From positions 1,380,001-1,412,000 of the forward strand of contig NZ_CP053627.1 of NCBI RefSeq assembly GCF_013177435.1: DNA of 32,000 bases. Reading direction: 5' to 3'. The position numbers and the translations under genes are program-made. This document shows positions 29,290 to 32,000 of this stretch, piece after piece (position 1 is the first letter of the stretch; each line of letters begins with the position of its first letter). The stretch comes from Xylella taiwanensis (GTDB lineage Bacteria; Pseudomonadota; Gammaproteobacteria; Xanthomonadales; Xanthomonadaceae). Under the pieces are notes generated by a model that was not told where the DNA came from, did not search any database, and saw only the letters and a program-made list of their open reading frames with translations.

Positions 29290-30824
29290 GTCAGAAGAAC
29301 CTTATCTTTTGAAACACTGGAATGAGCGATCTCAAGAACGTCCGCAAGGGTCATTTTGCATCGCTGTGCCTTGTCATGTTTCAGAGGGAAATCGGTTCGC
29401 GCATGGGCACCACGTGATTCGGTGCGGAGACTTGCAAAGACAGCAATCAGCAACGCGACGATGGCAGGATCTGAAAATTCTTCTTCGCTTTCCACACACG
29501 GCAGCAGCGCAGTAATCGCGTCATACATACCCGTCGCGTGGCGCAGTACGCCGAGATACCGGGAGACAATTGGCCGAACAAGCGTGGTTTCAGGTTTTTT
29601 AGGCATGAAGGGGATTATCCCAAGAGCGTGTTGAATGTTGTGGGTTGCTATATCTCGGGCTGCACGCATTCCCATGACGACTGCCTCGAGCAACGAATTG
29701 CTAGCAAGCCGGTTTGCGCCATGTAAGCCTGTAGACGCTGCCTCACCCGCAACCCACAAGCCAGAAATGCTGCTGCGACCTTCACTATCGGTTGCGATAC
29801 CGCCCATGTGGTAATGAGCAGCAGGACGTACGGGGATTGGCATGCGTGCTGGGTCAACGCCTATCTTGTGGCAGAGTGCAGTAATTGTTGGAAAGCGAGC
29901 ACTGAAGCGTGGCCCCAATACCCTCCTGGCATCGAGAAAAACTAGGCCACCGCGGGTGATTTCAGCGCTGATCGCCTGTGCAACGACGTTGCGGGGCGCA
30001 AGTTCCGCACCAGGAATATCCGCCATAAAGCGTTCGCCGCGTTCGTTAATGAGCTGCGCGCCTTCGCCGCGGACAGCCTCGCTGACGAGTGCCAGTGGGC
30101 GATCATGGCAATGGAGTGCAGTCGGATGGAACTGCACGAACTCCATGTCGGCAAGTACGGCACCAGCACGTGCAGCCATCGCGATGCCCTGGCCAAAGTT
30201 GTTCACCGGATTGGTCGTTGCATCATAAAGCCCGCCGATGCCGCCCGTTGCCAGAAGAATTCTTGATGAAGGCAACACAATATCTGATACCAGATTGGAA
30301 AGTAGCAATCCACAGACTGCGTTGTCCGCCATCAGGATTTGCCGCGCTTCGACTCCCTCCATCACCGTGATCGATGGATCGTTGAGAACAGCAGCAGTCA
30401 ATGCCTGGACAATCACTGCTCCCGACTTATCGCCCTCAACATGCACAATACGACGGCGGGAATGGGCTGCTTCCAGCCCAAGCGCCAGATTGCCGTTGCT
30501 ATCTTGGTCGAATCGGACACCAAAGTGTTCCAGAACATTAAAAGCATGAACTGCTTCCGAAATGATGCTCTCTGCCGCCATTGCATCACAAAGACCATCA
30601 CCAGCCGCTAGGGTATCGGCAAGATGCAAACTGGCATTGTCATCGGGTCCAAGGCTCACAGACATTCCCCCCTGGGCCCACGCGCTTGATGTTTCTGCGC
30701 CCAAGGTACTGCGCGTGACAAGAACTGATGGTTCAGGAGAAATCGTAAGCGCTGCGATCAGACCCGCAAGACCGCTACCAACGATGATCGGGCGGTCTGC
30801 AAGATGGTCCAATATCTCAGCCAT
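29286..30824 (-). CDS. nadB: L-aspartate oxidase
   Basis: The ORF is 512 aa. It has the FAD site IIVGSGLAGL plus AQGGM, HSRRRIVH, FVQFHPT, RGEGA, HYHMGGI and the GANRLASNSLLE blocks. Confidence 0.9.
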   Translation of the reverse strand: MAEILDHLADRPIIVGSGLAGLIAALTISPEPSVLVTRSTLGAETSSAWAQGGMSVSLGPDDNASLHLADTLAAGDGLCDAMAAESIISEAVHAFNVLEHFGVRFDQDSNGNLALGLEAAHSRRRIVHVEGDKSGAVIVQALTAAVLNDPSITVMEGVEARQILMADNAVCGLLLSNLVSDIVLPSSRILLATGGIGGLYDATTNPVNNFGQGIAMAARAGAVLADMEFVQFHPTALHCHDRPLALVSEAVRGEGAQLINERGERFMADIPGAELAPRNVVAQAISAEITRGGLVFLDARRVLGPRFSARFPTITALCHKIGVDPARMPIPVRPAAHYHMGGIATDSEGRSSISGLWVAGEAASTGLHGANRLASNSLLEAVVMGMRAARDIATHNIQHALGIIPFMPKKPETTLVRPIVSRYLGVLRHATGMYDAITALLPCVESEEEFSDPAIVALLIAVFASLRTESRGAHARTDFPLKHDKAQRCKMTLADVLEIAHSSVSKDKVLLT

Positions 30825-30836
30825 ATTGCTCCTCGG

Positions 30837-31889
30837 TCATATCGTCAGCATCCTTTCAACGGCTCGCCGCGCGGGGGCAGCAATCTCAGCATCCACCGTC
30901 ACCTCATAACGGTTTTCTTCCAATGCGGCCCGGATATTGGCAAGTGTGATCCGTTTCATGTGCGGGCAGAGATTGCAGGAACGGATGAACTCAACATCTG
31001 GATGATGGACGGCAATGTTATCGCTCATCGAGCATTCTGTCAGAAGTACCACTCGCGCCGGCTTCTTAGCATCGACATAGTCGGACATCGCTGCAGTCGA
31101 GCCTGCGAAATCTGCCTCTGCCACCACATCGGGTGGACATTCGGGATGAGCGAGCACGGTGATACCTGGATGATCTTCGCGCAGCTGCAAGATATCGTTG
31201 GCCGAGAAAAGTTCATGTACTTCGCAATGACCATGCCAGGAGATGATTTCGACATCCGTTTCTTTGGCAATATTACGTGCTAAGTATTCGTCTGGAATCA
31301 TCAGCACTTTGGGAACACCGAGTGCCTCTACCACCTTCCTGGCATTGCCCGACGTGCAACAGATATCTGAAGCCGCTTTCACGGCTGCTGAAGTATTCAC
31401 ATATGTGACGATAGGAACACCAGGATGCGCCTGACGCAATAATGCGACATCCTGTGGTGTAATCGACTCAGCCAAAGAACAGCCTGCCTCCATATCGGGG
31501 ATCAAGACCGTTTTTTCCGGATTCAGGAGCTTTGCCGTCTCTGCCATGAAATGCACCCCGGCAAGGACAATGACATCGGCATCGACATCGATCGCCTTGC
31601 GGGCCAGTGCGAGACTGTCACCCACAATGTCGGCAACACCATGAAAGATCTCTGGGGTCTGGTAATTATGCGCAAGAATGACAGCATTTCGTTTACGTTT
31701 GAGTTCGAAGATCGCCTCAATGTCATTGTCAAACTTCATCCGGGCCGCTTTCGAGGCGAAACAGTCGCCGCATTTATCGAGACACGAAGATAAAACGGCG
31801 TGGTTCACTGCGATCTCCTTTATGCCAATTTCGAGCATATTATCGCTTCTTCCGAGAAACCTATAGGTTGACGTGTCTCTGAAACTCAT
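30837..31889 (-). CDS. nadA: Quinolinate synthase NadA
   Basis: Diagnostic blocks are [56 protein letters not shown] and [10 protein letters not shown]. The start is uncertain. The longest ORF starts at 31889 without an RBS. The ATG at 31838 has GGAAGA upstream, and 31739 is also possible. Confidence 0.85.
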   Translation of the reverse strand: MSFRDTSTYRFLGRSDNMLEIGIKEIAVNHAVLSSCLDKCGDCFASKAARMKFDNDIEAIFELKRKRNAVILAHNYQTPEIFHGVADIVGDSLALARKAIDVDADVIVLAGVHFMAETAKLLNPEKTVLIPDMEAGCSLAESITPQDVALLRQAHPGVPIVTYVNTSAAVKAASDICCTSGNARKVVEALGVPKVLMIPDEYLARNIAKETDVEIISWHGHCEVHELFSANDILQLREDHPGITVLAHPECPPDVVAEADFAGSTAAMSDYVDAKKPARVVLLTECSMSDNIAVHHPDVEFIRSCNLCPHMKRITLANIRAALEENRYEVTVDAEIAAPARRAVERMLTI

Positions 31890-32000
31890 TTACTGAATCA
31901 AAATAGGTCTACTGCCAAGCAAGGCTGCATTATGGTCAATCTCTGTGCGGAGGCGGTGGCATGTTATGGCCGTTAGTTCATGAAGAGTGATGTTCTGGTA

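Noticed and set aside
31739-31889. A possible structured leader or riboswitch upstream of nadA. It includes an 8-bp long-range inverted repeat GAGACACG...CGTGTCTC, a 12-nt palindrome AACCTATAGGTT, and a GGCGA-CTGTT-TCGCC hairpin.
   Set aside because: The region is in frame with nadA. NadA proteins of this type normally carry 50-60 residues before the ILAHNYQ block, so the interval is most likely coding (start at 31889 or 31838). It does not resemble what I remember of the known nadA-motif NAD+ riboswitch, which I recall only partially.

Overview
The window is chromosomal DNA of roughly 50% GC. Gene content and protein sequences look like a Xanthomonadaceae, Xylella-like genome; this is an inference from remembered Ohr, FabV, GlnA and UppP sequences, not a database hit.

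I support 24 intact CDS, almost all housekeeping:
- prc, an orphan OleD-like reductase, ohr, zapE, an alpha/beta hydrolase and a COG0523 GTPase
- purU, ubiJ-ubiB, an exported thioredoxin-like protein and fabV
- a three-gene operon of unknown function (ELM1/DUF1022, DUF2145 and an exported repeat protein)
- a RutE-like nitroreductase, a YceI lipoprotein and uppP
- glnA-glnB-amtB, a small membrane protein and nadA-nadB-nadC

I found no tRNA, rRNA or CRISPR array.

The most striking property is gene decay, not a new machine:
- an ohrR pseudogene sits beside intact ohr
- a frameshifted ntrC fragment, with no ntrB, sits beside intact glnA-glnB-amtB
- two different decayed IS5-family elements bracket purU
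- the ubiB 3' end is duplicated and degenerate
- three ORF-poor gaps of 0.8-1 kb contain fragmentary reading frames

I did not find a convincing novel defence, secretion or toxin system. The best candidate for an undescribed functional module is the translationally coupled ELM1-DUF2145-exported protein operon at 18166-20558. All homology statements rest on reading motifs by eye and on recalled family sequences, and they need alignment or HMM confirmation.
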